From contig OY969724.1 of NCBI GenBank assembly GCA_963702205.1, positions 3,488,001-3,552,000 of the forward strand: 64,000 bases of DNA, in the 5' to 3' direction. Source of the DNA: an uncultured candidate division Zixibacteria bacterium. GTDB taxonomy: Bacteria; Zixibacteria; MSB-5A5; GN15; PGXB01. Shown in pieces: positions 11,068 through 20,636 of this stretch (the first letter of the stretch is position 1; each line of letters begins with the position of its first letter). A program made the translations under genes and the position numbers. Below the pieces are notes generated by a model, which ran no database searches, was not told where the DNA came from, and saw only the letters and a program-made list of their open reading frames with translations.

Positions 11068-11790
11068 TCACGAAACCGGGCTGAGGAGGCGATTCCAGCG
11101 CACACGGTTGAAGAAATGCACTATATTATACACGAACAACTTGGGTACCGAAAGCGGATCGCGCAAACTTGCTTGCGGAGAATTATCGTCCGGCTTCCAC
11201 GACCAGTGTATGAGCATCGCCTCGCCGAGAATCAACTTACGGGGAACGAATCCCCAGTAGCGGGAATCCGAGGAATTATCGCGATTGTCCCCCATCATAA
11301 AGTAACACTCATCCGGGACGCGGTGCGGTCCCCAGTTATCGCGACTATCCTGATTATCGTACGGTCTCTTTCTTATCCGCGCATCCGTGAATTTGGAATC
11401 GGGCGGGTCGGGAAAAACCTTGCCGTTTACGTACACGACCTTATCCTTAAGCTCGACCACGTCGCCCGGCTCGGCGACGCATCTTTTTATGTAATTGGTC
11501 GTCTGATCCAGAGGATATTTGAAAATGACCACGTCGCCCGGTTTGATTTCGTGCACCGCCGGAAGACGCCAGTCGACCACCGGCAGCCGCGCCCCGTAGA
11601 CGAATTTATTGGCCAATATAAAATCTCCCACGAGAATCGTATCTTCCATCGATCCCGTCGGGACTTTGTATGCTTCGACAATCGATGTCTTGATTATCAG
11701 AGCCAGGATTATGGCTATACCCAGCGACTTGACATTCTCCCAGATAAAATCAAGAATATCGCCCTGCTTTTTGGTTTTTTCTTTGGCCAT
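11068..11790 (-). CDS. lepB: Signal peptidase I (copy 2)
   Basis: VPTGSMEDTI, YIKRCV, YFMMGDNRDNSSDSRYWG. Confidence 0.93.
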   Translation of the reverse strand: MAKEKTKKQGDILDFIWENVKSLGIAIILALIIKTSIVEAYKVPTGSMEDTILVGDFILANKFVYGARLPVVDWRLPAVHEIKPGDVVIFKYPLDQTTNYIKRCVAEPGDVVELKDKVVYVNGKVFPDPPDSKFTDARIRKRPYDNQDSRDNWGPHRVPDECYFMMGDNRDNSSDSRYWGFVPRKLILGEAMLIHWSWKPDDNSPQASLRDPLSVPKLFVYNIVHFFNRVRWNRLLSPVS

Positions 11791-11845
11791 ACGAATTATT
11801 AAGGGCCGGTCATCCCGTACGTTGTCTTTTCATTTCTACAAAATA

Positions 11846-12904
11846 TCAACGGGTAAGATCGTTAAATGTTACAAAAATGACCAGCAGCAGGACAAATGCG
11901 ATACCGATCTGCTGTATAAAGACCCGTACTTTTACCGAAACCGGAGAGCCCTTGATTTTCTCAATCAGGAAAATCATCAGGTGACTTCCGTCGAACAGCG
12001 GTATCGGAAGGATATTCAATATCGCCAGGTTAACCGACAAAAGCGCCATAAAATCGAGCAGCACGTCGAACCCGGCTCGCGCCGTCGCCCCGGCCACTTT
12101 GCCGATAAATATCGGTCCGCCTATCGACGATGCCTTATACTTCCCGGTAAACAGCCCGCCGATAAAATCGAATATGAGCCTCGCGTATTCCAGCGACCGG
12201 TCGACCGCCGCACCCCAAGCCGCGAAAAACGGCTGCTTTTGGAAAGACATCATATTGCCGATACCTATCTTGCCAACCGTAACACTGTCGCCATTGATAC
12301 TCAGGACTCGGTCTTTATATGTCGTTATCGACGCCGTGACAGTATCCGGTGTCGATGAACTTTTATCGACCCAGCTTAATTCAACCGGCTTTTCCACTTT
12401 ATCATAAATGAGCGCCGCCATCTGATCGAAGGAATCAACTTTCACTCCATCGATACTAAGAATCTGGTCCCCGGTCTTGATCCCGGCCTCGGCGGCGGGT
12501 CCGTTTTCCAACACCTGGCCGACCAGTACTTCCTGCTTTTCGGTTCCACGGAAAAAGAACAGGCCGAAAAGGATAAATACGGCCAGAACGAAGTTAATAA
12601 GCGGCCCTGCCAAAACCACCAGACTTCTCTTCCATACCGGTTTGGACATGAACTCCCACGGCGCACCCGTGACGCCTTCGATCGGATTATCCCCGGCCAT
12701 TTTCACGTAGCCTCCAAACGGCACCGCCCCAATGCAGTATTCCGTGTCTTTGCCCATCTTTTTCTTGAGAATGGTCGGAGGGAAACCCAGCGAAAAGCGC
12801 TCGACCCGGATTCCGGACCATTTGGCAACCAGGAAATGCCCCAGTTCATGGAAAAATACGAGGACTCCCAGTACGAATATCGTGGCTAATATTGTTAGAA
12901 GCAT
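11846..12904 (-). CDS. rseP: RIP metalloprotease RseP
   Basis: HELGH, GGYVKM, PDZ domain, NILPIPLFDG. Confidence 0.94.
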   Translation of the reverse strand: MLLTILATIFVLGVLVFFHELGHFLVAKWSGIRVERFSLGFPPTILKKKMGKDTEYCIGAVPFGGYVKMAGDNPIEGVTGAPWEFMSKPVWKRSLVVLAGPLINFVLAVFILFGLFFFRGTEKQEVLVGQVLENGPAAEAGIKTGDQILSIDGVKVDSFDQMAALIYDKVEKPVELSWVDKSSSTPDTVTASITTYKDRVLSINGDSVTVGKIGIGNMMSFQKQPFFAAWGAAVDRSLEYARLIFDFIGGLFTGKYKASSIGGPIFIGKVAGATARAGFDVLLDFMALLSVNLAILNILPIPLFDGSHLMIFLIEKIKGSPVSVKVRVFIQQIGIAFVLLLVIFVTFNDLTR

Positions 12905-14056
12905 TTATTCTATCATCTCCTGTGCGGTTTGTCGTGCCCAGCCGTCCGCTATCATTATATCTTCCAGGGACGGATTTTCAACTAATTTATGCCGCTGGAC
13001 GGTATTTATAATTATATCGGATATACGGTTAAATTTAATGACATCTTTTAAAAATGCTGCCACCGCCACCTCATTGGCGGCATTAAAGACCGCCGCCGAT
13101 GTCCCCCCTGTTCCCGCTATCTCAAAAGCCAGCTTCAAAACCGGAAATTTATCGAAATCCGGCTTTTCGAATGTCAACTGCCCGATCTGCGCAAAATCCG
13201 CCGCCCCGAATTCCGATGGCAACCGATTTGGATAAAATACCGCATACGCTATCGGCAGCCTCATATCCGGGCTGGATAGCTGCGCGACAACCGTCCGGTC
13301 GGCAAATTCCACCATGGAATGAATAACCGACTGCGGGTGAATCACCAGCTCGATCATATCCGGCGACACATCGAACAGGTTGACCGCCTCGATAATCTCC
13401 AGCGATTTATTCATCATCGTGGCGGAGTCTATGGTTATCTTGGCTCCCATATTCCATGTCGGGTGCTTCAGCGCTCTTTCTTTAGTTATTTCTTTGAATT
13501 CCGAGGCTGGCGTCTGCCGAAACGGCCCGCCCGACCCGGTTAATATGATTTTCCTGACCTCTTCCTTTTGACCGCAAAACAGCGCCTGCCAGATTGCCGA
13601 ATGCTCCGAATCGACCGGGATAATCTCCGCCCCGGATTCATCGGCCGCCGCATTGATCAAACTCCCCCCGACCACCATCGATTCTTTATTCGCCAGAGCC
13701 AGCCTCTTGCCGGACTTGACTGTGGTCAGCGAGGCCTTCAACCCTGCCGCCCCGACAATTGCGTTCAGGATTACATCGCAGTCGGTTTTATCTATCAGGT
13801 ATTCGACGCCTTTATCGTACGGCAATAATTCAATATTACCGCCCGTCAATGCCCGCTCGACAGCTTCCCACGCCTCGGGATCGGTCATTTGAATATACTT
13901 GGGATGAAATTCAGCCGCCTGCTTCAATACCAGATTCGCCTTAGTATGGCCGGAAATTCCGACCAGATCGATTTCGTCCCTGTGTTCTGCGACCACGTCC
14001 AGTGCCGAAACACCGATCGACCCGGTCGAGCCCAGTATTACCAGTTTCTTTTTCAT
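12905..14056 (-). CDS. dxr: 1-deoxy-D-xylulose 5-phosphate reductoisomerase
   Basis: LGSTGSIG, LANKES, PVDSEHSA, HPTWNMGAKITIDSATMMNK, NAANE. Confidence 0.97.
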   Translation of the reverse strand: MKKKLVILGSTGSIGVSALDVVAEHRDEIDLVGISGHTKANLVLKQAAEFHPKYIQMTDPEAWEAVERALTGGNIELLPYDKGVEYLIDKTDCDVILNAIVGAAGLKASLTTVKSGKRLALANKESMVVGGSLINAAADESGAEIIPVDSEHSAIWQALFCGQKEEVRKIILTGSGGPFRQTPASEFKEITKERALKHPTWNMGAKITIDSATMMNKSLEIIEAVNLFDVSPDMIELVIHPQSVIHSMVEFADRTVVAQLSSPDMRLPIAYAVFYPNRLPSEFGAADFAQIGQLTFEKPDFDKFPVLKLAFEIAGTGGTSAAVFNAANEVAVAAFLKDVIKFNRISDIIINTVQRHKLVENPSLEDIMIADGWARQTAQEMIE

Positions 14057-14105
14057 CAATTAATCTAACGAAAGCGCCTGATTAGGGTTCCACTATGGAC
14101 GCAAA

Positions 14106-14675
14106 TCAGCTCTCGATGTCCTTCAAAATTCTGATGCGCTTTATTATCACATAGCTCACCGGCCAGCTTTCCTCTCCGCCGAACGGGCTCGGCTTGACCG
14201 GAACCTGTTCGATTTTATCGAGCACGTCAAACCCGTCGAGCACCATCCCGAAAACCGTGTATTTACCATCCAGGGTCGGAGCGGGCTGAAAACAAATGAA
14301 AAATTGACATCCCGCCGAATTTATATCCGGTCCCCTTGCCATTGACAGGGTACCGCGTATATGGGGAAGGTCCGAAAATTCCGCCGGGAGTGTGTATCCT
14401 GCTGATCCGCTGCCGTTTCCATTCGGGTCGCCTCCCTGCATCATATAGCCTTTGATGACCCGGTGAAAAGTCAACCCGTTGTAGAAACCCTTACGTACGA
14501 GCGACAACATGCTGTCCACGTGGGCCGGGGCGACGTCCCGGTACAGCTCCAGTTCGATCGTCCCGTAGTTCGTATCGATAGCTATTTCGGGATTTGATGC
14601 AAGACGCTTATCCCGGCCACATCCAATGGCCAGGATAAGCACCAAAATTGAAAAGAATAATAATTTGCGGTTCAT
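14106..14675 (-). CDS. Cyclophilin-type PPIase (lipoprotein)
   Basis: LAIGC lipobox; FHRVIKGYMMQGGDP, LSMAR, SAGCQFFI, LDGKYTVFG. Confidence 0.92.
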   Translation of the reverse strand: MNRKLLFFSILVLILAIGCGRDKRLASNPEIAIDTNYGTIELELYRDVAPAHVDSMLSLVRKGFYNGLTFHRVIKGYMMQGGDPNGNGSGSAGYTLPAEFSDLPHIRGTLSMARGPDINSAGCQFFICFQPAPTLDGKYTVFGMVLDGFDVLDKIEQVPVKPSPFGGEESWPVSYVIIKRIRILKDIES

Positions 14676-14690
14676 CGACGATGGAGCTTC

Positions 14691-15338
14691 CTACTCCTCC
14701 TTCGATGCGGCCGATTTAATATCCTTGAGCACCGTCATCTTTTCCATGATAACGTCGTCAACCGGAAGAGCGTTTTCATGGGTCATCGGGTTCATTTTAA
14801 CCGGAACATTCTCGATCTTGCTGAGTACATCGTCACCCGTCATCATCTTGCCGAACACGGTATATTTTCCGTCGAGAAACGGGGCCTTTTTAAACACGAC
14901 AAAAAACTGGCAGGAGGCGCTGTTGGGGTCCTGTGCCCGCGCCATCGAGAGAATGCCGCGATCGTGCGGAATATCGGAAAATTCGGCCTTGAGATTATAT
15001 CCGGCGTTTCCCGTGCCGTTGTCCTTGGGATCGCCGGTTTGCATCATGAAGCCTTTGATGATGCGGAAGACTTTGCGGCCGTTATAGAAGCCTTCTTTGG
15101 CACGGGCCAGCATGCTGTCCACGTGGGCCGGGGCGACGTCGCGATACAGTTCGAAAGTCATTGTGCCGAAATTGGTCTGGATGGCAATTTCGGGATTGTC
15201 CGCGTTACGTTTGACATATTTTTGCATTTCGGTTTTTTCCTTGGGAGCGGTTTTGCCGTCATCCGCGGGCTTGTCGCCGGCCAGGGCTATCCCGAAAGCC
15301 GCGAGCATAAAAAGGGTTAAGAAAAAGTAATGTTTCAT
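14691..15338 (-). CDS. Cyclophilin-type PPIase (secreted)
   Basis: Signal peptide; FRIIKGFMMQTGDP, LSMAR, SASCQFF, LDGKYTVFG. Confidence 0.92.
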   Translation of the reverse strand: MKHYFFLTLFMLAAFGIALAGDKPADDGKTAPKEKTEMQKYVKRNADNPEIAIQTNFGTMTFELYRDVAPAHVDSMLARAKEGFYNGRKVFRIIKGFMMQTGDPKDNGTGNAGYNLKAEFSDIPHDRGILSMARAQDPNSASCQFFVVFKKAPFLDGKYTVFGKMMTGDDVLSKIENVPVKMNPMTHENALPVDDVIMEKMTVLKDIKSAASKEE

Positions 15339-15463
15339 GGAGTCGTTTCTCCTTTCCAAAGGTGATGATTCTCAATTTTGGGCCGCAATATACCCTTTTG
15401 GAATTATACTGTCAATTTCTAACACGGCCTAAAAAATAAGCCCGAATGGGGTCTAGATAGATA

Positions 15464-18400
15464 TTATGTATTATATTTTGTCCGAATGTCCCATACAAAT
15501 TGAAACCGGGCTGAATATCCATCTTCAAAGTATTTTTCACATATGGCATTAGCCAATTCTTTACATTCGTTTGAAAATAGGAAATTCAGAATATTCTCAA
15601 TATGTTCTTGCTTATACTCTGGTTTTTGATCGCCTATTAATTTAATAAAAATATTGGCAATATAGTGAGCTGTTATTTTGGGATCACCTTTGGATTTTAA
15701 CCTATCTAAATGTTCTATAAACTGAGCAGTATTAAAAAGTTTCTGGACATAAGGGGCAACCTGAATTAGCCAATTATAATTTTCTTCATCTATTTCGCTA
15801 ATGAATGGAATTAGAGTTGAAACATTTGACAATATCCCTTTATCTTCATCGGTAAGTTTTTGTGCATCTAATGTCCGATATTTGTTATAGGCCTGCTTCC
15901 AAATATCTAGTATTCTTTTAACAACTTCATTATCGCGTTTATCAGAAGCATTTAAACCCAAGTGATATTGGTTACCCAAAAATCTAAGCAAGTGATTTAT
16001 TCTCTCAATTTGCCATTCCTCAATAATAAGCTTCATTGCACCATTATTTAGGTCAAAGCCCTTTAGTTTTAATAAATATCCTGTAGCAATATGCCTGATA
16101 AGAAGTTCTTCTGAATCCCATTTATTAATAGGATGCAATATCGCTTTTTTGTAGTGGTCAATCATGTTGGAGTAGAATGAAGGGTTACCTAGCGAACCGA
16201 AAAGGTATCCGTAAAAGAATATTTCCCAGACGGCTTTTTTTTCTGAATCAAGAATGACCCTTTGAGCCATATCCGCATATTCTTTATCAAGATAACTTAT
16301 TTGCGGCAACATCCAACCAGTAAATACTAATGCCTCTGGATAAGCTTCCTTCACTGAATCGCGAAAAACTTCTTTGAGTTCAGGATCCCACTTTGCAACA
16401 GCTTCACTATCTTTGTCAGGCCTATTTCTGGCAATTCTTAACGATAAATAAATACAAGCTTCAAGAATTTTGCCTGGAGTTGAATTTGCCGCGAAATCAA
16501 CTGGTCGTCCTTCAATTGAATATTCTCTATTTGAAGCACTTGCAGATAACCCACGCCATATGCGCTTAATAAGCTTGATTAGAATATCATTTAATTTAAA
16601 ATTTATTGCGTGCTTATCATCATCCGTTCCATCCTGAATAAGCCATCCAATAATACCTAACACCCAATCATGATTGGCAGAATAATCATCTCCAGGGACT
16701 TTGAAAGTATCATTCCAAAACTCGTCTCGGTCAATATAACCATATAGAAATGGCAAAAGATTCTCCCAATTTATATCTTTATTTTCTTTCCATGCTGATC
16801 GCAAGCCGGATAAAATATTATAAAGGTACAAATAGCCGGTATTTATAAATAAATTGATATTTTTAGTAAAGTATTCTGGTTTTGCATGTGCAGCATTACT
16901 TATGACTTCTGCCAAGGAGTTAACATTAGGTCCCCTCCATTTATCCGAATTTTCAAATTCGTCAAGGTTTTCAACTAGTTCACCAGGTCGTTTATTAAAG
17001 ATTTCCTCCACATTTAGTGGTGATTCGCCGTGACCGATAAATGAAGTTGGTTGCCTAAATGAAGGTTCGTATTTTTCATCGAATAAACTTTGGTATTTTT
17101 CATACTCCTTTAAAAACTGATCATTTTTTTTCAAAGCGGAATACCATTTCAGCTTAAATGCATTTTGCTGGTACTCCTTTTGATCCTCAGGCATATCAGA
17201 AATGAAAAACCTACCTTTTTCAATGATCTCGCGAATTTTATTTATTTCTGTTTCGGTTAATTTTTCTGCGATATTTTCAAATAGAGTAAATAATTCAGCC
17301 TCATAGGCGTGAAAACTAAGCAGCATATAGCTTTCAGGATAGCCAAATATCTCCCAAAATATATCTTTTAACTCTTGCCAGTTCACTCCAATGGCTAAAA
17401 CGATCGACCTTCTAAATACAAAACTACGATATTTGGTATTGCTAAATTCTCTAAGAATTTCTTTCATATCCTTATGCTTAATATATGCACCCGCAATTAT
17501 CATTTCTTTAAGGATAATCATTAATATATGATGCGCTTCTCTATGGTGCATATCTTTAATCTTGGATAAATCCCTGAACCATATATTCGAATGATCATCG
17601 ATGAGCATGTGATAATGATACATTAATTCAGCTTCTGGAATCTGATGAATGATGTTCAATATGGATGGATTATCTTTTTGATCATTTATTGCCTTTATGA
17701 ATTGTATGTGCTCATCAAATGGGTGGACCGAATTAATAATCCCAAAATTATGATTATATATTGGCTCATTTAATTCAGGATTTGTAATTTTCACTATTGT
17801 TTGATTATTATCATCAAGGCCAATATCAATTCCGTAAGTTGTATCCTCATATTCTACTGTCGGTCTAGATGGTTCTTGCAGTTTCGGTATAATTTCTAGT
17901 AGTTTCTTGGCCACAACCATAATTAGTTCTTTGCATTCAATTTGCATTAACTTATGCAGATATCCTTTTTTAGTTAATGCTTCAGTAATCCAGTAAGGCT
18001 CTGCAAATAAGAACGGTTGGGGTCGTTTTATAATCGCCGCTTTGTTTTCACGCCATTCATAAGTGAATAGTCCATCTAATATCTTAACCAATTGCGCAAT
18101 TGCTTGTGGGTTAGTACCATCTTTCGCGGATTTCGCAATATGCGGAATTAATTCACGGGTGATTGACGATGTAGTCAAAGTGTTGTCGAAATTTGATCTA
18201 AGCCAGATCGGAATATAACTAAATACATCGGTTGCAATCATATTTGCGGGAATATTCGATAGTATTTTCACAAATGCGGCCCACGTATGATGATTATCTA
18301 TATGATTTTCATCAGCGTCTTTATACTCTGAAACAGATCGAATTATGTCTATTAGACCTTGAGAAAATTCAGCATAATGCTCGTTATCATGCTTCATTGA

Positions 18401-18628
18401 TAACATAATCAAATAATCCAAGACATTCCAATATGGTATTCTGAAAAGCCCTTTATCAGTTTCTCGGGGTTTAGGATTATTCTCCGGTTTAAAATGCCCA
18501 CGATCTTGTAGAGGATAAAACCACTTTACTTCTTGAGCATTCTTAAAGAAGTAATCACTTGCGGCCGGATTATTTCTAATATGGTTTAAAACATCCCATT
18601 CTTGGACGCTTAAATTATATTTTGACAC
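15464..18628 (-). CDS. Large alpha-helical hypothetical protein (1054 aa), partner of the SIR2 protein
   Basis: Long ORF in an AT-rich island; GTG start with GGAGG upstream; overlaps the SIR2 stop by 14 nt. Confidence 0.8.
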   Translation of the reverse strand: MSKYNLSVQEWDVLNHIRNNPAASDYFFKNAQEVKWFYPLQDRGHFKPENNPKPRETDKGLFRIPYWNVLDYLIMLSMKHDNEHYAEFSQGLIDIIRSVSEYKDADENHIDNHHTWAAFVKILSNIPANMIATDVFSYIPIWLRSNFDNTLTTSSITRELIPHIAKSAKDGTNPQAIAQLVKILDGLFTYEWRENKAAIIKRPQPFLFAEPYWITEALTKKGYLHKLMQIECKELIMVVAKKLLEIIPKLQEPSRPTVEYEDTTYGIDIGLDDNNQTIVKITNPELNEPIYNHNFGIINSVHPFDEHIQFIKAINDQKDNPSILNIIHQIPEAELMYHYHMLIDDHSNIWFRDLSKIKDMHHREAHHILMIILKEMIIAGAYIKHKDMKEILREFSNTKYRSFVFRRSIVLAIGVNWQELKDIFWEIFGYPESYMLLSFHAYEAELFTLFENIAEKLTETEINKIREIIEKGRFFISDMPEDQKEYQQNAFKLKWYSALKKNDQFLKEYEKYQSLFDEKYEPSFRQPTSFIGHGESPLNVEEIFNKRPGELVENLDEFENSDKWRGPNVNSLAEVISNAAHAKPEYFTKNINLFINTGYLYLYNILSGLRSAWKENKDINWENLLPFLYGYIDRDEFWNDTFKVPGDDYSANHDWVLGIIGWLIQDGTDDDKHAINFKLNDILIKLIKRIWRGLSASASNREYSIEGRPVDFAANSTPGKILEACIYLSLRIARNRPDKDSEAVAKWDPELKEVFRDSVKEAYPEALVFTGWMLPQISYLDKEYADMAQRVILDSEKKAVWEIFFYGYLFGSLGNPSFYSNMIDHYKKAILHPINKWDSEELLIRHIATGYLLKLKGFDLNNGAMKLIIEEWQIERINHLLRFLGNQYHLGLNASDKRDNEVVKRILDIWKQAYNKYRTLDAQKLTDEDKGILSNVSTLIPFISEIDEENYNWLIQVAPYVQKLFNTAQFIEHLDRLKSKGDPKITAHYIANIFIKLIGDQKPEYKQEHIENILNFLFSNECKELANAICEKYFEDGYSARFQFVWDIRTKYNT

Positions 18629-19622
18629 CCTTAAATACTTCCTCCATACCTTCTAAAACGGATGGTGGTTTGGCCACAGCGGAAATGTCCGATTTCCATA
18701 TCTTAATAATTTCTTCAATTTGATCTTGGCCTCTAATGTCTTTTAGAAATGGTAGCAACTCAATGCCAAATTGTGAGAAGTACTTCTTATAATGGTTAGC
18801 GAGTTCAAGGCTGCTTTTATAAAACGCAGATAAAATAAAGTGATTGCCACCAGGATCAAATTTAAGAAACTCTAATATTTCAAGTTCAGACGCGCCTGTC
18901 CCCGCAAATAGGACAGTTTTTTTTCTAAAAACATCTTGCAGAAAATTCCTTTTTAGTATAGAAGTGGGCCGATCTTGAGCATAAGCGTCTATATAGTCCT
19001 TAATTGTAATTATCATGTGGTCAGGCTCTCTAATGCTCCCATGTAAATGCTTTATTCTATCTGGCATAAGACTGTGAAGTGTCATTTCTTCGTCGGTAGA
19101 AGATGACATATTATTGTTATAGATAATGTTTAGATCTTTTTGTGGCGGTGATGAATCATCGGCTTGAACGGACTTTATGCCGTATCTATTCGGATTAGAC
19201 TCGATTGCTCTTTTCAAAGCATATTCGATATTGAGATCATAATTTACAGTAATATAAGTCGCCCTAAATTCGATTAAATGATCATAGATGTTTGGTTCAT
19301 AATTATTGGGAAATATATTTTGCCAGTTTTTCGCATTCGGAAACAACGTGCGATTATTATTCATTATTTGCCAAGCAATTGACAATAATCTTCTGGGATC
19401 CTTTATTGTTCTTAAATCCTCCAATTCTTTAAAATTAATCCCACCCGAATTGTATATGTGATCTAGAATTTTGTTGGCCAAGCCAAACCAAGTGGGACAT
19501 TTATTTCCCGAGCACATTGACAGTCCTGAGCCAACAAATATAACCAAATCTGAATTGCTCGATGCATCCAATATCCTATTAGGGATATCGGGGATAGGTA
19601 GTATTTCTGTTATTTTATTCAT
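18615..19622 (-). CDS. SIR2-family (SIR2_2) NADase-like protein
   Basis: VIFVGSGLS, PTW, YITVNYD, HLHGS, VLFAGTG motifs. Confidence 0.85.
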   Translation of the reverse strand: MNKITEILPIPDIPNRILDASSNSDLVIFVGSGLSMCSGNKCPTWFGLANKILDHIYNSGGINFKELEDLRTIKDPRRLLSIAWQIMNNNRTLFPNAKNWQNIFPNNYEPNIYDHLIEFRATYITVNYDLNIEYALKRAIESNPNRYGIKSVQADDSSPPQKDLNIIYNNNMSSSTDEEMTLHSLMPDRIKHLHGSIREPDHMIITIKDYIDAYAQDRPTSILKRNFLQDVFRKKTVLFAGTGASELEILEFLKFDPGGNHFILSAFYKSSLELANHYKKYFSQFGIELLPFLKDIRGQDQIEEIIKIWKSDISAVAKPPSVLEGMEEVFKGVKI

Positions 19623-20102
19623 AAATCACGCAACTTATCGAACCCCCGAATTTGTCGAATCTAATTATTCATATAATATATATTTCCATCAAATTAACCA
19701 ACCCCAAAATCCCAACCGAATCAATGGCAAATCTGCACGTCACGCTTTTATAGAGGCTATAATTATGTTTGATAATAGCGGAAATTCGATTGAAACGGAG
19801 ACAATCGCGGGCGAAAATTTAAAAAATGAACAAACAAACCCAATTCCCGGTAACAGCAACGCCCATATGTGGTTATCTATGCCAAAACACCCCGAAATCG
19901 ACCCCAAAATCAGGCCCGGGTCGCCAGCAGCTCGCTGTGGGATTCCCCTATTTAAACGCTGACGATCAAGTGATCAGTCTTGGCAGGTCGAAACCCCTGC
20001 CGAAGGTCCCGAAGAATGAAGGGCGGTTTCGACATCTTCATTATGCATCTTAAAAGATTATCTTTATTGCTTTATTCCATCTCTCACACTCTAAAAAATC
20101 AA

Positions 20103-20125
20103 ACAGGGCGGCAGTGCCGCCCTGT
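20103..20125. terminator. Hairpin/terminator downstream of the dockerin gene
   Basis: ACAGGGCGGCA-G-TGCCGCCCTGT, followed by TTGATTTTTT on the minus strand. Confidence 0.6.
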
Positions 20126-20138
20126 ACTATTCAGATGC

Positions 20139-20621
20139 TTAAAGTGGACAAACCGGCTCTGGGCCGGGCGGTGAATTGTACCGGTAAGAAATTAGATACA
20201 ATATATCGATTAGATTGACATTGGTATCGCCGTTGGCGTCGAGGAGCTCATCGCACCCCATGGGATTTCCAGGACCCGGCGGATCGTTGTACAAATGCGC
20301 AATCGTGTACAAAATATCGATCAAATTGACATTCAGATCGCTGTTGGCATCGCCCGGAACTCCCCAGGCCTGGCAGCAGTTCAAATTTCCTGTTTCAAAA
20401 TTCTGCCAGAACCCCTGGTGTACCGCGAAGGTGCCCGACGATACCGAACCCGCCGCGGTCTGACCGACAGTTCCGCTCAACGAAAAACCCCCGCCTGAGC
20501 TGTTTGTACTGCTTCCCGACGAAATCACCTGCCAGGGAATGTTCTCTCCGGCGGCAAATGCCCCGGAGAAAAGCAAGACCACAGCCATAAACCCACATAC
20601 TAAGTATGTTCGCATACTCAT
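20139..20621 (-). CDS. Small secreted protein: W..ISSG/LSGTVGQ/QGFW domain plus dockerin
   Basis: Signal peptide; GDANSDLNVNLIDIL and DANGDTNVNLIDIL repeats. Confidence 0.8.
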   Translation of the reverse strand: MSMRTYLVCGFMAVVLLFSGAFAAGENIPWQVISSGSSTNSSGGGFSLSGTVGQTAAGSVSSGTFAVHQGFWQNFETGNLNCCQAWGVPGDANSDLNVNLIDILYTIAHLYNDPPGPGNPMGCDELLDANGDTNVNLIDILYLISYRYNSPPGPEPVCPL

Positions 20622-20636
20622 TATATCCTCCCGGGA

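Noticed and set aside
19471..19962. 163-aa plus-strand ORF
   Set aside because: It overlaps the SIR2 gene antisense, has a TTG start without an RBS, and shows no motif.
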